Shown here one piece after another: positions 9,106-19,326 of a stretch of 64,000 bases of DNA. Within the stretch, counting starts at the first letter, position 1; the number at the start of each line of letters is the position of its first letter. The notes under the pieces were generated by a model. The model had not been told where the DNA came from and did no database searches. It saw only the letters and a list, made by a program, of their open reading frames with translations. The position numbers and the translations under genes are program-made. The DNA lies in contig JBBSZC010000004.1 in the NCBI GenBank assembly GCA_038044925.1, positions 11,166-75,165 on the forward strand, written 5' to 3'. This stretch comes from Nanobdellota archaeon. Its GTDB lineage: Archaea; Nanobdellota; Nanobdellia; Pacearchaeales; GW2011-AR1.

Positions 9106-9594
9106 TCAGCAAGCTTTTGATAATTCTTCAGGGAAGAAATAGGTTTCTGAAAAAACACGACCATCTCGAGTCACTGCTGGGGGCAATATCTCACCAATAA
9201 AAGAAAAACCTTGAATCTTTTCTAGTAATGTTCCGATAGATTCTGAATGTTCCAAACCTTCTAGAAAAGAACTAACTGAATCGCATTCTTTTGGTTTAAG
9301 TCTCATCATAGGATCATCACACTCAACTATAGCTCTTTTTCCTACGTAAAATCCTTGGGGTGCATAAATTCTTCCAATAGGAGTCTGTTGCCAATCAGCT
9401 CCATCAATATCTCCAGCACCACATTCTCTTCCAGTACTCCAACCCCTAATCCATACGCTGGTTTCATCTCTTTGAATAATTTTATATTTATAAATAGCTC
9501 CAAGTCCATCTTCTGTAGGAATCTTAGTTAATTTATGATCAAGAATTTCCATCCGATGGATTGTTAGTCTTTCTGTCGGTCTATTTATAATCAT
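9106..9594 (-). CDS. hypothetical protein (visibly higher GC than its neighbours)
   Basis: 162-aa ORF; GWSTGRECGAGDIDGADWQ; no family assigned. Confidence 0.3.
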   Translation of the reverse strand: MIINRPTERLTIHRMEILDHKLTKIPTEDGLGAIYKYKIIQRDETSVWIRGWSTGRECGAGDIDGADWQQTPIGRIYAPQGFYVGKRAIVECDDPMMRLKPKECDSVSSFLEGLEHSESIGTLLEKIQGFSFIGEILPPAVTRDGRVFSETYFFPEELSKAC

Positions 9595-9684
9595 ATCTTA
9601 ACTTCTGATTGATATTATTTAAAAGAATTATTGTCTTTCAAGATATATAAAAACGTTTATAAACGTATTTTTTTTGATGTTAGT

Positions 9685-10074
9685 ATGGTCTTTAAAATTA
9701 TTAATGCGACTGAAGTAAAAGTAGGTACTAATATTATTGTTGATGGAATTCCTTGTATTGTTAAGAAAATAGATATTTCTAAAACAGGAAAGCATGGACA
9801 TGCTAAATGCAGAATAGAAGCTATTGGAATAATTACTGGAGTGAAAAAGGTTTTTGTAATCCCGGGGCATAATAGACTAGAAGTTCCCAATGTTGATAAA
9901 AGAAAGGGGCAGGTTTTATCGACTGGGAATAATATTAGTATAATGGACTTAGAAAGTTTTGAAACTTTAGAAGTTCCTTGCCCAGATGAAGAAGTTAAAA
10001 ATGAAATTAACGAAGGAGATAATGTAGAGTATTGGGATATTGAAGGAGAAAAAATAATCAAAAGGAAGGTATAA
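9685..10074 (+). CDS. eif5a: translation initiation factor 5A (aIF5A), with the hypusine site
   Basis: SKTGKHGHAK hypusine loop; start taken at the internal MVFKI. Confidence 0.85.
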   Translation: MVFKIINATEVKVGTNIIVDGIPCIVKKIDISKTGKHGHAKCRIEAIGIITGVKKVFVIPGHNRLEVPNVDKRKGQVLSTGNNISIMDLESFETLEVPCPDEEVKNEINEGDNVEYWDIEGEKIIKRKV

Positions 10075-10083
10075 ATAAAAAAT

Positions 10084-10245
10084 ATGGCAAAAATAATAGA
10101 GGCATCAAATAGAATTTTTAAGAATGTTTTTGTCTGTAAAAAATGCAGCTCCAAACAAAGGGCAGACCCTTTAAAAATCTTTAATGGAAAGATAAAGTGC
10201 AGGAAATGCCACGGAAAAGCATTCCGCCCATTAAAGAGGAAATAG
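10084..10245 (+). CDS. rpl40e: ribosomal protein L40e (eL40)
   Basis: 53-aa ORF not in the track: VCKKCSSKQRADPLKIFNGKIKCRKCHGKAFRPLKRK, a C4 zinc ribbon like L40e. Confidence 0.7.
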   Translation: MAKIIEASNRIFKNVFVCKKCSSKQRADPLKIFNGKIKCRKCHGKAFRPLKRK

Positions 10246-10256
10246 AGGTAGGATAA

Positions 10257-11711
10257 ATGATAACTAATTATGAAATATTTGATATATCTGCATTAATAAT
10301 CCTTGTTGCAATATTATCTTTTTACTTGTATAAGAATAAATCAAAATTAAAAACAGAAGGAGCTTTATTATTATATAAAACTTCATGGGGGGTAAAACTT
10401 ATCGATTATATTGGGAAGAGATATAAAAATAGCTTGAAAGTTCTTAGTTATGTTTCTATATTTTTTGGATATATATTAATGATTAGCATATCTTATTTAT
10501 TTGCAAATACTTTTTGGAGTTATTTAACTAAGCCGGAGCTTGCAGAAACAATTAAAGCTCCTCCAATTGCTCCATTGATCCCTTATTTTCCGCAATTATT
10601 CGGATTGAGCAATTATTTTCCTGTTTTCTACGGACTTTATTTTATAGTTGCTATTCTTATTGTCGCTACAGTTCATGAATTTTCTCATGGAATTTTTGCT
10701 AGAAGATATGGAGTTAAAATCAAATCAACTGGATTTGCATTCTTAAAATATTTTCCCGCTATATTCGGTGCTTTTGTAGAGCAGGATGATAAAGACATGA
10801 ATAAAAAAACCAAGTTCCAGCAAATGTCAATTTTATCTGCAGGGGTCTTTGCAAATTTGATTATTACAGTGCTGTTCTTTTTCTTTGTAATTATATATTT
10901 TAATTTGATGTTCATTCCTTCTGGAGTTATTTTCAGTGGTTATAGTTATTCTCCTGTAAGTATAAATGAAATAACTTCTGTGAATGGTGTTATGATAGAA
11001 AATTCAAATTATAATAAAATACTAAATATAACTGAAAATTTTAATGAAACGGTTTTGTTTAAAGTAACTGCCGGAGATAAAAGTTATCTAGCGAATGGAC
11101 AATTTTTAAAAGCTCAAGAAAATAGCAGCTATATATATTTATTCGAAGACGCACCTGCAATAAATGTAAAGCTTAATGGGATAATTGTTAAATTAAATGA
11201 AGAAAATGTTAAAAATTTCAATGATTTTGAGAAAAAATTCTCCAAGCTTTCTCCTGGAGAAAAGATAATCATAACAACAAAAATTCCTAATGGATATAAA
11301 GAGAATGAAATTCTTTTAGGAGAAAATCCAAGAATAAACGGCAAGGCATATTTAGGAGTTATGTTTGTTAATGGAAAAAATTACTTTTATGGCGAGTTTA
11401 TACATTTTTTCACTTCACTTAAACAGGAGAATCTTTACTTTAAAGGAAATACTTTTTATGAGTCTAGGTATTTGAAATTTTCTGAATTTTTTTACTATCT
11501 GCTATGGTGGATAGTTTTCATAAACTTGCTAGTTGCATTATTTAATATGCTTCCATTAGGAATTCTCGACGGAGGAAGGTTCTTTTATTTGACTATTTTA
11601 GGAATTACAAACTCTAAAAAAATCGCAGAATTTTCATTTAAAGGAATAACTTATCTAATATTATTACTTCTTGCTTTAATCATGGTTAGATGGGTTTTTG
11701 CAATAATTTAA
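10257..11711 (+). CDS. site-2 protease (M50 family) membrane metalloprotease with PDZ-like insert
   Basis: HEFSHGIFARRYG (HExxH) in a TM helix; NMLPLGILDGG (LDG motif). Confidence 0.75.
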   Translation: MITNYEIFDISALIILVAILSFYLYKNKSKLKTEGALLLYKTSWGVKLIDYIGKRYKNSLKVLSYVSIFFGYILMISISYLFANTFWSYLTKPELAETIKAPPIAPLIPYFPQLFGLSNYFPVFYGLYFIVAILIVATVHEFSHGIFARRYGVKIKSTGFAFLKYFPAIFGAFVEQDDKDMNKKTKFQQMSILSAGVFANLIITVLFFFFVIIYFNLMFIPSGVIFSGYSYSPVSINEITSVNGVMIENSNYNKILNITENFNETVLFKVTAGDKSYLANGQFLKAQENSSYIYLFEDAPAINVKLNGIIVKLNEENVKNFNDFEKKFSKLSPGEKIIITTKIPNGYKENEILLGENPRINGKAYLGVMFVNGKNYFYGEFIHFFTSLKQENLYFKGNTFYESRYLKFSEFFYYLLWWIVFINLLVALFNMLPLGILDGGRFFYLTILGITNSKKIAEFSFKGITYLILLLLALIMVRWVFAII

Positions 11712-11885
11712 TAAAAGAAAAAGATATATAAATGAGATAATATTAAATATATTATAAAAGAGGTAAGTTAATAAAAAATGGCTAAGAAAAGAAAAGCAGC
11801 AAAGAAGAAAAGAAGATAGTTGGCCTCTTATTTTTGACTTTTTATAGTCAAAAAGATTTAAATCCTCATTCTTTATTTATTTTTT

Positions 11886-12899
11886 ATGATTACAAGCAAC
11901 TTAAAGAAAATTCTTCAAAAACAACATTATGAACTTATTGGAAAGAACGAACATTCTGCTGTTCAAATATGCAGATGGACGAAGAAATCTATAAAAAATC
12001 AGGGGGCTTGTTATAAAGAAAAATTTTATGGTATTGAAAGCCATAGATGTTGCCAGATGAGTCCTGCTGTTGTTTGGTGTGATAATAAATGTCTGCATTG
12101 CTGGAGAGCTATTGAATTAACTCTTGGAAATAATATAAAGAGTATTAACGGAAAAATAGATTCTCCTTCAGAAATTATTGATGGATGTATAAAAGCTCAG
12201 AGAAAATTATTATCCGGGTTTAAAGTAGACGAGAAATCATGGAAAAAACAACTGAGCAAAGCAGATATGAAAAAATATCAAGAATCTCAAGAGCCAATGC
12301 AGTTCGCAATTTCTCTTTCAGGAGAGCCAACATTGTATGAAAAAATTGGAGATTTGATTGAGGAGTTGAGAAAAAAAGGAAAGACTAGTTTTCTTGTTAC
12401 GAATGGATTGCATCCTGAAAAAATAATAGAACTCGAGGGGAAAAAACAATTGCCAACGCAGTTATATATTTCTGTAAATGCTCCAAATGAAGAATTATAC
12501 AAAAAAATCCATAGAAGTTCTATGAAAAATGCATGGAAAAAGTTAAACGAAACTTTAGAATTGCTTGCAAAGTTGAGAGAAAAAACAAGAACAATTTTCA
12601 GAATGAATTTGATTAGAGAATTAAATATGTACGATGAAAACATTAAAGAATATGCAGAGCTGATAAAAAAGGCAAACCCCTTATTTGTTGAATTAAAGGG
12701 ATATATGGCGGTTGGTTTTGCAAGAAAAAGGCTTGGATATGAAAAAATGCCTTCTGATAGAGAAATGAAAACTTTTGCAGAAAAATTAGCAAAAGAAATA
12801 AAATTAAAAATTCTTGACAGCCATGAATATTCTAGGGCTTATGTTTTAGGCAGAGAAGAAGATGGGGAAAGATTGAAAATTAAGGAGAGGGAGATTTGA
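11886..12899 (+). CDS. taw1: tRNA wybutosine/4-demethylwyosine synthase (Tyw1/Taw1), radical SAM
   Basis: HYELIGKNEHSAVQICRWTKKS N-terminus and CDNKCLHCW radical-SAM Cys cluster. Confidence 0.75.
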   Translation: MITSNLKKILQKQHYELIGKNEHSAVQICRWTKKSIKNQGACYKEKFYGIESHRCCQMSPAVVWCDNKCLHCWRAIELTLGNNIKSINGKIDSPSEIIDGCIKAQRKLLSGFKVDEKSWKKQLSKADMKKYQESQEPMQFAISLSGEPTLYEKIGDLIEELRKKGKTSFLVTNGLHPEKIIELEGKKQLPTQLYISVNAPNEELYKKIHRSSMKNAWKKLNETLELLAKLREKTRTIFRMNLIRELNMYDENIKEYAELIKKANPLFVELKGYMAVGFARKRLGYEKMPSDREMKTFAEKLAKEIKLKILDSHEYSRAYVLGREEDGERLKIKEREI

Positions 12900-12906
12900 T
12901 TAAATC

Positions 12907-13413
12907 TTATTTATCTCCTAAATTAAAATTTTTATATTCTCCTGTTTTTAAATCAATATAAATTCCTTCGGTATAATCAAATTTTCCTGAAAAATCCTTT
13001 TGAAAAAATTCTCTTAAAAACCATTTAGGAAAATAGTGCATAAATTCTAGATGAGTTACTGCTAAACAATTTTTAGTTGATTTGTTCTTATTTGCGAAAT
13101 TTATAAAATTTTCAAGAGCAGTTATTCCTTCTCCATATAAAGACGAATGAGTCCAAAGAGATTCCAAACATGCAGGCCACTCTCTACCATCCCGAAGGTA
13201 TTTTAGTCCATCCATTAAAACTAAAGCTGTTTCAATTGCCCTTCTTTCAGTAGAAGAAAATGGCGTGATCTTAGCGACAATATTGGGATTGACTAAACCA
13301 ATAAGTTCTTTAACTTGGGTTTTTCCTCTCTCGCTTAGTCTTCTATCTTTTGCTTCTCCGTGCCTAATTAAAAATAATCCTTCATAATTTAACTTTTCCA
13401 TCTTACAAATCAA
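12907..13413 (-). CDS. histidine phosphatase family protein (phosphoglycerate mutase-like)
   Basis: LIRHGEA RHG catalytic motif near the N-terminus. Confidence 0.7.
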   Translation of the reverse strand: MICKMEKLNYEGLFLIRHGEAKDRRLSERGKTQVKELIGLVNPNIVAKITPFSSTERRAIETALVLMDGLKYLRDGREWPACLESLWTHSSLYGEGITALENFINFANKNKSTKNCLAVTHLEFMHYFPKWFLREFFQKDFSGKFDYTEGIYIDLKTGEYKNFNLGDK

Positions 13414-13753
13414 TTACCCCGTCTCTAGTTAATGCGGCGAATCTTACTCCTACTGGGATTGATAATAATGCGGAAATCAGGGCCATGTGTTCTTTTCCAT
13501 CGCCAGATGCGATACTTAAAGCAACCTCTGTTCCATTGATTTTTCCTTTTAATTTGTCTCTAATTTCGTCTCTGAGTTCTTTAATTTTTTTCCCTGTATT
13601 TATTTCAATAAATTCTATAGGCTTTTCAATTTTAAATTCGCTTGCAAATTTATCCCCTAAAACTATAATGTTTTCCCATTCTCCATATTTAATAAGTCCT
13701 GCGACTTGCGCCCATGTTCCTTTTCCTGAAGACAATAAAGCTACTAATTCCAT
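13403..13753 (-). CDS. hypothetical protein
   Basis: 116-aa ORF; no motif recognised. Confidence 0.3.
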   Translation of the reverse strand: MELVALLSSGKGTWAQVAGLIKYGEWENIIVLGDKFASEFKIEKPIEFIEINTGKKIKELRDEIRDKLKGKINGTEVALSIASGDGKEHMALISALLSIPVGVRFAALTRDGVIDL

Positions 13754-13931
13754 GATTAAATAAAAAAACCTGTGTTTTTAAGAATTGTTAGCATAGAAAA
13801 TATTTATAAGTTATCAATAAAACTATAGAAAACCTTATAAACTAAAAATTTCTGGGAGTTTTGCATTAAATAAACCACACTACATCATTGAGAGAGATAT
13901 TCTATACTCTCGGTGCATAGGTAGTAGGTAT

Positions 13932-14570
13932 TTGACAATGGCATTAAAAGAAGAATTAGAGAAAGCTTTAGCTGAATTGAGAAAGAACAATGAAGAAAGA
14001 AAATTCAAGCAGTCAGTAGACTTAATCATAAATTTGCAAAAATTTGACGCCAAAAAGACTCCTTTAAATTTATTTGTTCAGGTTCCAAATCAAATCAAAG
14101 AGAAAAAAATTGCTGGTTTTTTAGAGATTAAACATAAAAAAATAGATATTTTTACAGATGCTGAATTTAGAAAATATTCTGATAAAAAAGAAATAAAAAA
14201 ACTTGTGAATAAATATGATTTCTTTATTGCTCAGGCTAGCCTCATGCCTAAGGTTGCATCAACTTTTGGCAGAATTTTAGGGCCTGCAGGAAAAATGCCT
14301 TCACCCCAGCTTGGAATATTAATAAATGTCGACGAAAAAAATGTAAATGAACTTCTAGAAAAAATAAATAGAAGTGTCAAGATAAGGGTAAAAGAGCCAA
14401 GCATTAAAGTTGCTATAGGAAAAGAAAACATGAAAGATGAAGAAATTATTGAAAATATATTGGCTGTTTATAATTTCGTTTTAAAAAATCTTCCAAAAGA
14501 AAAAGAGAATCTGAAAAATCTTGAAATTAAATTTACTATGAGCAAGCCTCAAAAGATAAAATTATCTTAA
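13932..14570 (+). CDS. rpl1: ribosomal protein L1 (uL1)
   Basis: L1 family sequence; L1-L10-L12 order. Confidence 0.9.
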   Translation: MTMALKEELEKALAELRKNNEERKFKQSVDLIINLQKFDAKKTPLNLFVQVPNQIKEKKIAGFLEIKHKKIDIFTDAEFRKYSDKKEIKKLVNKYDFFIAQASLMPKVASTFGRILGPAGKMPSPQLGILINVDEKNVNELLEKINRSVKIRVKEPSIKVAIGKENMKDEEIIENILAVYNFVLKNLPKEKENLKNLEIKFTMSKPQKIKLS

Positions 14571-14578
14571 GAATAAAA

Positions 14579-15376
14579 ATGAAAATTAATAGAGAAAAAC
14601 CAATACCAAAAAGAAAGATTCGGGAGGTAAAAGAATTAAAAGAGCTAGCTGGAACTAAAAGGACTATTTTAATCGCATCTATAAAAAATCTTCCAGACTC
14701 GCAATTCCAAGCAATAAAAAAGAAATTAAGAGGAAAAGCTGAAATAAAAGTTCCTAAAAAAAACATAATACTCAGGGCATTGAACTCTGTTGGAAAAGAA
14801 AATATCAATAAGCTTAGTAAAAAAATTGATGCAGATTGTGCTATAATTTTCTCTGATTTAGAAGCATATGAATTAGCAGGAGAGCTATTAAAAAATAAAA
14901 GCTCTATCAAAGCTAAGTCAGGGCAAGAATCTCCTGAAGATATAGAAATTTCAGAAGGGCCAACTGAGTTAGTCCCAGGACCTGCAATAAGCGAATTAGG
15001 AGCTTTAGGAATTCAGATAAAAATAGAAGGTGGAAAAATAATAATAAAGACTCCAAAAATAATTGCAAAAAAAGGAGAAAAAATCTCACAAGGAGCTGCA
15101 GACATAATGAATAAATTGGGCATAAAACCATTTTCAATTGGATTTGTACCTCTGGTTGCAATTGACAACAAAGAAGAAAAAATTTATACTAACATAAAAA
15201 TAGACAGAGAAGCAACATTAAAAGAATTAAAGAAAGCATTTGGAAGAGCTCTGCCTTTTGCAGTCAATTCAGGCTATGTTTCAGAAGACACAATTAAATT
15301 TTTAATAACTAAAGCGGGAAGACATGAAAAGGCCTTGTCAAAATTAATGATTAAGGAGGGAATTAATAATGAGTGA
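14579..15376 (+). CDS. rpl10: ribosomal protein L10 (uL10/P0)
   Basis: P0 N-terminal domain KREVKELKELAGTKRTILIASIKNLP. Confidence 0.85.
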   Translation: MKINREKPIPKRKIREVKELKELAGTKRTILIASIKNLPDSQFQAIKKKLRGKAEIKVPKKNIILRALNSVGKENINKLSKKIDADCAIIFSDLEAYELAGELLKNKSSIKAKSGQESPEDIEISEGPTELVPGPAISELGALGIQIKIEGGKIIIKTPKIIAKKGEKISQGAADIMNKLGIKPFSIGFVPLVAIDNKEEKIYTNIKIDREATLKELKKAFGRALPFAVNSGYVSEDTIKFLITKAGRHEKALSKLMIKEGINNE

Positions 15377-15665
15377 AGGTACAACGAGAGTTTACAGGAA
15401 AGAAGATTTTGATGAAGAGATTAAATTCGTTAATAAATTATTGAGTGATTTGGATAAACTAGATAGAGAGTGGAAAATAAGGAATGAGGCTAGAAAATAT
15501 ATGTTAATAGGAGAAATTACTGATAAAAAGTTAAATAAAGAACCTAGAAAGTTTTATGAAAATGAAAGAGAGGGTATATTAAATCATATAAGAGTTATAC
15601 AATCTAATATTATTGCATATTATGTCTTTAATACTCCTCAAGAAAATCGTAAAGGGGATAGATAA
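15369..15665 (+). CDS. hypothetical protein inserted between L10 and L12
   Basis: 98-aa ORF overlapping the L10 stop by 8 nt. Confidence 0.35.
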   Translation: MSEGTTRVYRKEDFDEEIKFVNKLLSDLDKLDREWKIRNEARKYMLIGEITDKKLNKEPRKFYENEREGILNHIRVIQSNIIAYYVFNTPQENRKGDR

Positions 15666-15733
15666 ACAAAAATGGAATACATAAAAAAACAGGAATTTTT
15701 TTAGCATCCCATTTTTAACGAAATAAATAAAAA

Positions 15734-16024
15734 ATGGAATACATATACAGTGCACTTTTGTTGCACAAACTTGGAAAAGAAATAAACGAAGAAAATATCC
15801 GAAAGCTTGTAGAAGCAGCTGGAGCAAGTGCTGATGATTCAAAAATCAAGTCAGTAGTTGCTAGTTTAAAGGGTGTTGATATAGTAGCTGAACTTGCAAA
15901 TGCAAGTATGGCTGTTGCTGCGCCTGCACAATCTGGAGCAGTCGCTGAAGCAAAAAAAGAAGAAAAGCCAAAAGAAGAGAAAAGAGAAGCTGCAGCAGAA
16001 GGATTAAGCGCACTCTTCGGATAA
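15734..16024 (+). CDS. rpl12: ribosomal stalk protein L12 (P1)
   Basis: N-terminal dimerisation helix, Ala-rich hinge, acidic EEKREAAAEGLSALFG tail. Confidence 0.85.
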   Translation: MEYIYSALLLHKLGKEINEENIRKLVEAAGASADDSKIKSVVASLKGVDIVAELANASMAVAAPAQSGAVAEAKKEEKPKEEKREAAAEGLSALFG

Positions 16025-16181
16025 TTTTACTTTTAATTTTGCATGTCCGAAGAGCCTCATATTCATAGTTTGACTTTTTTTAATAGCCCTCAAAAGGTGG
16101 AAAAATATGTCATTAACTTTGCAATGTTTTCATAAAAATAATTCAAGATAGTTTTTTAAATATCTTTTTCTTATTTTCCTA

Positions 16182-17372
16182 ATGAAGGTTGTGATTTTGG
16201 GTTATGGTTCTGTGGGATCTGTATTGTCTAAGATGCTTTCAAAAGAAAAAAGAGTAAAGGAAATTATATGCTGCGGTATAAATTTTAAGAGAAAGCAAGA
16301 AGATGAAAGAGTTATCCATAAAATAATTGATTTAACTGATGAAAAAAAGCTCGTAGAATTTCTTAACAAAGAAAAGCCAGATGCTGTTGTTAATGCTACC
16401 CATCCGAAATTTAATTTGAATATAATGAAGGCTTGCATCAAAGCGAAAGTTAATTACATTGATACAGCTTCTTTTTGGGATTTTGACCCTAATCCAAAAG
16501 CTAAAATTCCATATAAGATGGAACAAACAGACCACAATAAGGATTTCCTTAAGAATAACAAGATTGGTTTAATCGAAGCAGGGGTTGCTCCAGGAATGGA
16601 TAATTTAATGGCTGCAGAATGCGCTTCTGAATTAGATGAAGTTGATTATATTAAAATTAGGATGGTTGAAGACACTGGAAGCAACGAGATTTATTTTCCG
16701 TGGAATAAAGAATGGTTGCTTGATGAACTTAGCACTAAACCAATAGTTTACGAAAATGGAGTTTTCAAATTAGTTGACAGTTTTGGAGCCGAAGAAGAAT
16801 ACACTTTCCCTGAACCGATTGGAAAAAGAAAAACCTACTACTTTGCGCAGGATGAGGTTGGTTCAATTCCGTTGCATATAAAAACCAAAAAACTAGATGT
16901 AAAAATTCATGACAATAATATTAGTGTTTTCAAAACCTTACTTGCTTTAGGATTGCTTTCTGAGAAAAAAATTTCAGTTGATGGAGTTAAAGTTAAACCA
17001 TTAAGCGTTTTAACAAAACTTTTGCCAAATCCTATTCCCGGAGAAGAGAAGAAATTTCCTGAAGCAAGGTTTGCTATGTCTGTTGAAGCCATTGGAAAAA
17101 TAAACAAAAAGAAAAAGATAGTCAAATGTTCAATAGTTTTTCCAGCCCAAAAAGATATCAACAAGTTAGGACTTGATGCCAATTTTATTTCTTATCCAAC
17201 AGCGCTATCTATAAAGCTCTTTCTTATGGAAATACCAAACATAACAAAAAGAGGAGTCTTTCCTCCAGAAATTCTCGAGAAAGTTATCAGAAAAAGAATA
17301 TTAAATGAATTGAAAAAAATCAAACAAATAAATTTTACAAAGAAAATGGTAGCATGTTTTAGCCAGATATAG
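16182..17372 (+). CDS. saccharopine dehydrogenase-like NAD(P)-binding oxidoreductase (homospermidine/carboxynorspermidine synthase-like)
   Basis: MKVVILGYGSVGS Rossmann start; family-typical length and layout. Confidence 0.65.
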   Translation: MKVVILGYGSVGSVLSKMLSKEKRVKEIICCGINFKRKQEDERVIHKIIDLTDEKKLVEFLNKEKPDAVVNATHPKFNLNIMKACIKAKVNYIDTASFWDFDPNPKAKIPYKMEQTDHNKDFLKNNKIGLIEAGVAPGMDNLMAAECASELDEVDYIKIRMVEDTGSNEIYFPWNKEWLLDELSTKPIVYENGVFKLVDSFGAEEEYTFPEPIGKRKTYYFAQDEVGSIPLHIKTKKLDVKIHDNNISVFKTLLALGLLSEKKISVDGVKVKPLSVLTKLLPNPIPGEEKKFPEARFAMSVEAIGKINKKKKIVKCSIVFPAQKDINKLGLDANFISYPTALSIKLFLMEIPNITKRGVFPPEILEKVIRKRILNELKKIKQINFTKKMVACFSQI

Positions 17373-17490
17373 TAGATAAAACAGGGATGCATAAAGTGAA
17401 GTTACACGTATTCTAGATAATTTAGAAGGAAGGGGTTTGATAGAGAGAAAGAGAAGGGGGATGTCAAGCATTATTATTTTGAATAGAACT

Positions 17491-17578
17491 AATTGAAACT
17501 AGTTACTTACAAACCTATATAAGCAGTTTCAATTTCACTTTTTTATATTTTCAGCATAAACAGAAAATAATTGAAACT
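17491..17578. promoter_or_regulatory. three copies of AATTGAAACT (two direct at 17491 and 17569, one inverted at 17525) upstream of the metal gene cluster; candidate operator
   Basis: 10-mer repeated three times within 90 bp just upstream of ATG 17583; an ArsR-family regulator is encoded in the cluster. Confidence 0.3.
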
Positions 17579-17582
17579 AACA

Positions 17583-19325
17583 ATGAAAAAAACAATCAAA
17601 CTCAAGGGAATGAGCTGCAACTCGTGTTCAATGCTTATAGAGAAATCACTTAAGGACAAAGTTAATAATGTATCTGCAAGTTTCTCAAAAGAAGAAGTAG
17701 AAGTAGATTTTGATGAAAATAAGATATCTGAAAAAGAGATTATTGAAGAAATTGAAAAAATAGGTTATGAATGCGAGAATTGTGAAATAATTGATTCCGA
17801 AGAGGATATTGAGAATTTAACTAAACAAAGAAAAGACCTAAAAGATCTATTTTTGAATGAGGAGATTTCTTCCGAACAATATGAGAATTTAAAAAAAGAA
17901 GTAGATGTGAAGATTTCAAAATTAGAAGAAAAAAAAAGAAAACAAGTTAAAAAATCAAATGATGGACATAACAAAGATGATTTAATAAAAAATTCTAAAG
18001 TAAACTATTCAGAAAGCCATAAAAAATCAAAGAAACATAATGAAGAGATAGAATCTTCAGAAGAGACTGCTTCAAAAAAGAATTTCTTTTCAAACTATAG
18101 CACTTCTGATAAAATAGGATTTGTTTTTGCTATTCTTTCTTTTCTTTTACTAGTATTCGTATTGTATCATTTCTTTTTAGGGCATATTAAAATTCCAGAA
18201 GTTGCGCTACCGCAAGTTGGAGACAAAGTCGGATTAGGATTATTATTTCTTGTAGGAATCTTAACTGGATTTCATTGCGTATCAATGTGCGGAGGCTTTG
18301 TTGTTTCATATACTGCTAAAAATGCATTAAATGGACATAAGAGCTATGGACAGCATCTTGCTTATGGCGGTGCAAAAGTTATTTCTTATACAATAATTGG
18401 AGGAGTGTTTGGGTTAATTGGTGGAATATTCGCATTTAGCATTGGACTTCGGGCAGGAGTTGCAATATTTGCAGGAATATTTATGGTATTTTATTCTTTA
18501 AGCATGTTTGGATTCAAGTTTTTTAGAAGATTTCAATTAAATCCAAAATTTTTGACAAAGTATACAATGAAAGCATCAGCTAATGCTAAAGGTCCGTATA
18601 AAGGTCCTATTGTTACAGGATTGTTAAATGGTCTATTTATTGCATGCGGTCCGCTTCAAGCAATGTATCTTTATGCTGCAGGAACCGGAAGCTTTGCAGG
18701 TGGAGCAACTGCCATGGCAGTTTTCGGATTAGGAACACTTCCTGTAATGATTAGTTTTGGAGCTTTTGCTTCTGTAATTAGCCATAAAACAACTCAGAAA
18801 ATATTGAAAATTTCAGCTGTGATTGTATTAATATTAGGATTAATAATGTTAAATAGAGGATTGTCTATGATTGGAAGCCCGTATAGTTTTTCATCAATTC
18901 AATCAAAGCTGGCTGGAAACTCTGCAGTGGCAGGAGGAACATCGGCGGTTTTAACAGATGGAGGAGTTCAGGAAGTTAATATGGATGTTTCTGGATCAGG
19001 ATATTCACCAAATTCTTTTGTATTAAAAAAAGGCGTTCCTGTTAAATGGAATGTTAATGTAAAACAATTAACAGGTTGTAATCAAGAATTAGTATTAAAT
19101 CAGTATGGCATTGATAAAAATTTGAAGGATGGTTTGAATGTTATTGAATTCACACCAGATAAAGTAGGAACAATTACATTTAGCTGTGGAATGGGAATGC
19201 TTAAAGGAAGTTTTATTGTAACTGAAACAGGAACCGCAAACCAAGAACAAGTTAAAGCTGCAACACCGCCAAAGGGAATGCAATGCGGAGGAGCTAGTGG
19301 TGGAGGATGCGGTTGTGGAGGTTAA
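17583..19325 (+). CDS. multidomain metal-handling membrane protein: N-terminal HMA domain, charged linker, polytopic DsbD_2/UreH-like TM domain (HCVSMCGG), C-terminal cupredoxin-like domain, Gly/Cys tail
   Basis: LKGMSCNSCS (MxCxxC); TM block with GFHCVSMCGGF; C-terminal domain alignable to the COX II-like ORF at 20338; tail CGGASGGGCGCGG; canonical ATG at 17583 (track used TTG 17571). Confidence 0.55.
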   Translation: MKKTIKLKGMSCNSCSMLIEKSLKDKVNNVSASFSKEEVEVDFDENKISEKEIIEEIEKIGYECENCEIIDSEEDIENLTKQRKDLKDLFLNEEISSEQYENLKKEVDVKISKLEEKKRKQVKKSNDGHNKDDLIKNSKVNYSESHKKSKKHNEEIESSEETASKKNFFSNYSTSDKIGFVFAILSFLLLVFVLYHFFLGHIKIPEVALPQVGDKVGLGLLFLVGILTGFHCVSMCGGFVVSYTAKNALNGHKSYGQHLAYGGAKVISYTIIGGVFGLIGGIFAFSIGLRAGVAIFAGIFMVFYSLSMFGFKFFRRFQLNPKFLTKYTMKASANAKGPYKGPIVTGLLNGLFIACGPLQAMYLYAAGTGSFAGGATAMAVFGLGTLPVMISFGAFASVISHKTTQKILKISAVIVLILGLIMLNRGLSMIGSPYSFSSIQSKLAGNSAVAGGTSAVLTDGGVQEVNMDVSGSGYSPNSFVLKKGVPVKWNVNVKQLTGCNQELVLNQYGIDKNLKDGLNVIEFTPDKVGTITFSCGMGMLKGSFIVTETGTANQEQVKAATPPKGMQCGGASGGGCGCGG

Positions 19326-19326
19326 T

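Noticed and set aside
11778-11819. 13-codon basic ORF MAKKRKAAKKKRR (possible L41e)
   Set aside because: It is too short and generic; Lys/Arg runs arise easily in A-rich DNA, and L41e would be about 25 aa.
13861-13935. Possible L1-binding mRNA mimic in the rpl1 leader (GAGAG...CTCTC)
   Set aside because: Only a short imperfect stem could be drawn. That is not enough to claim the autoregulatory site without a covariance model.
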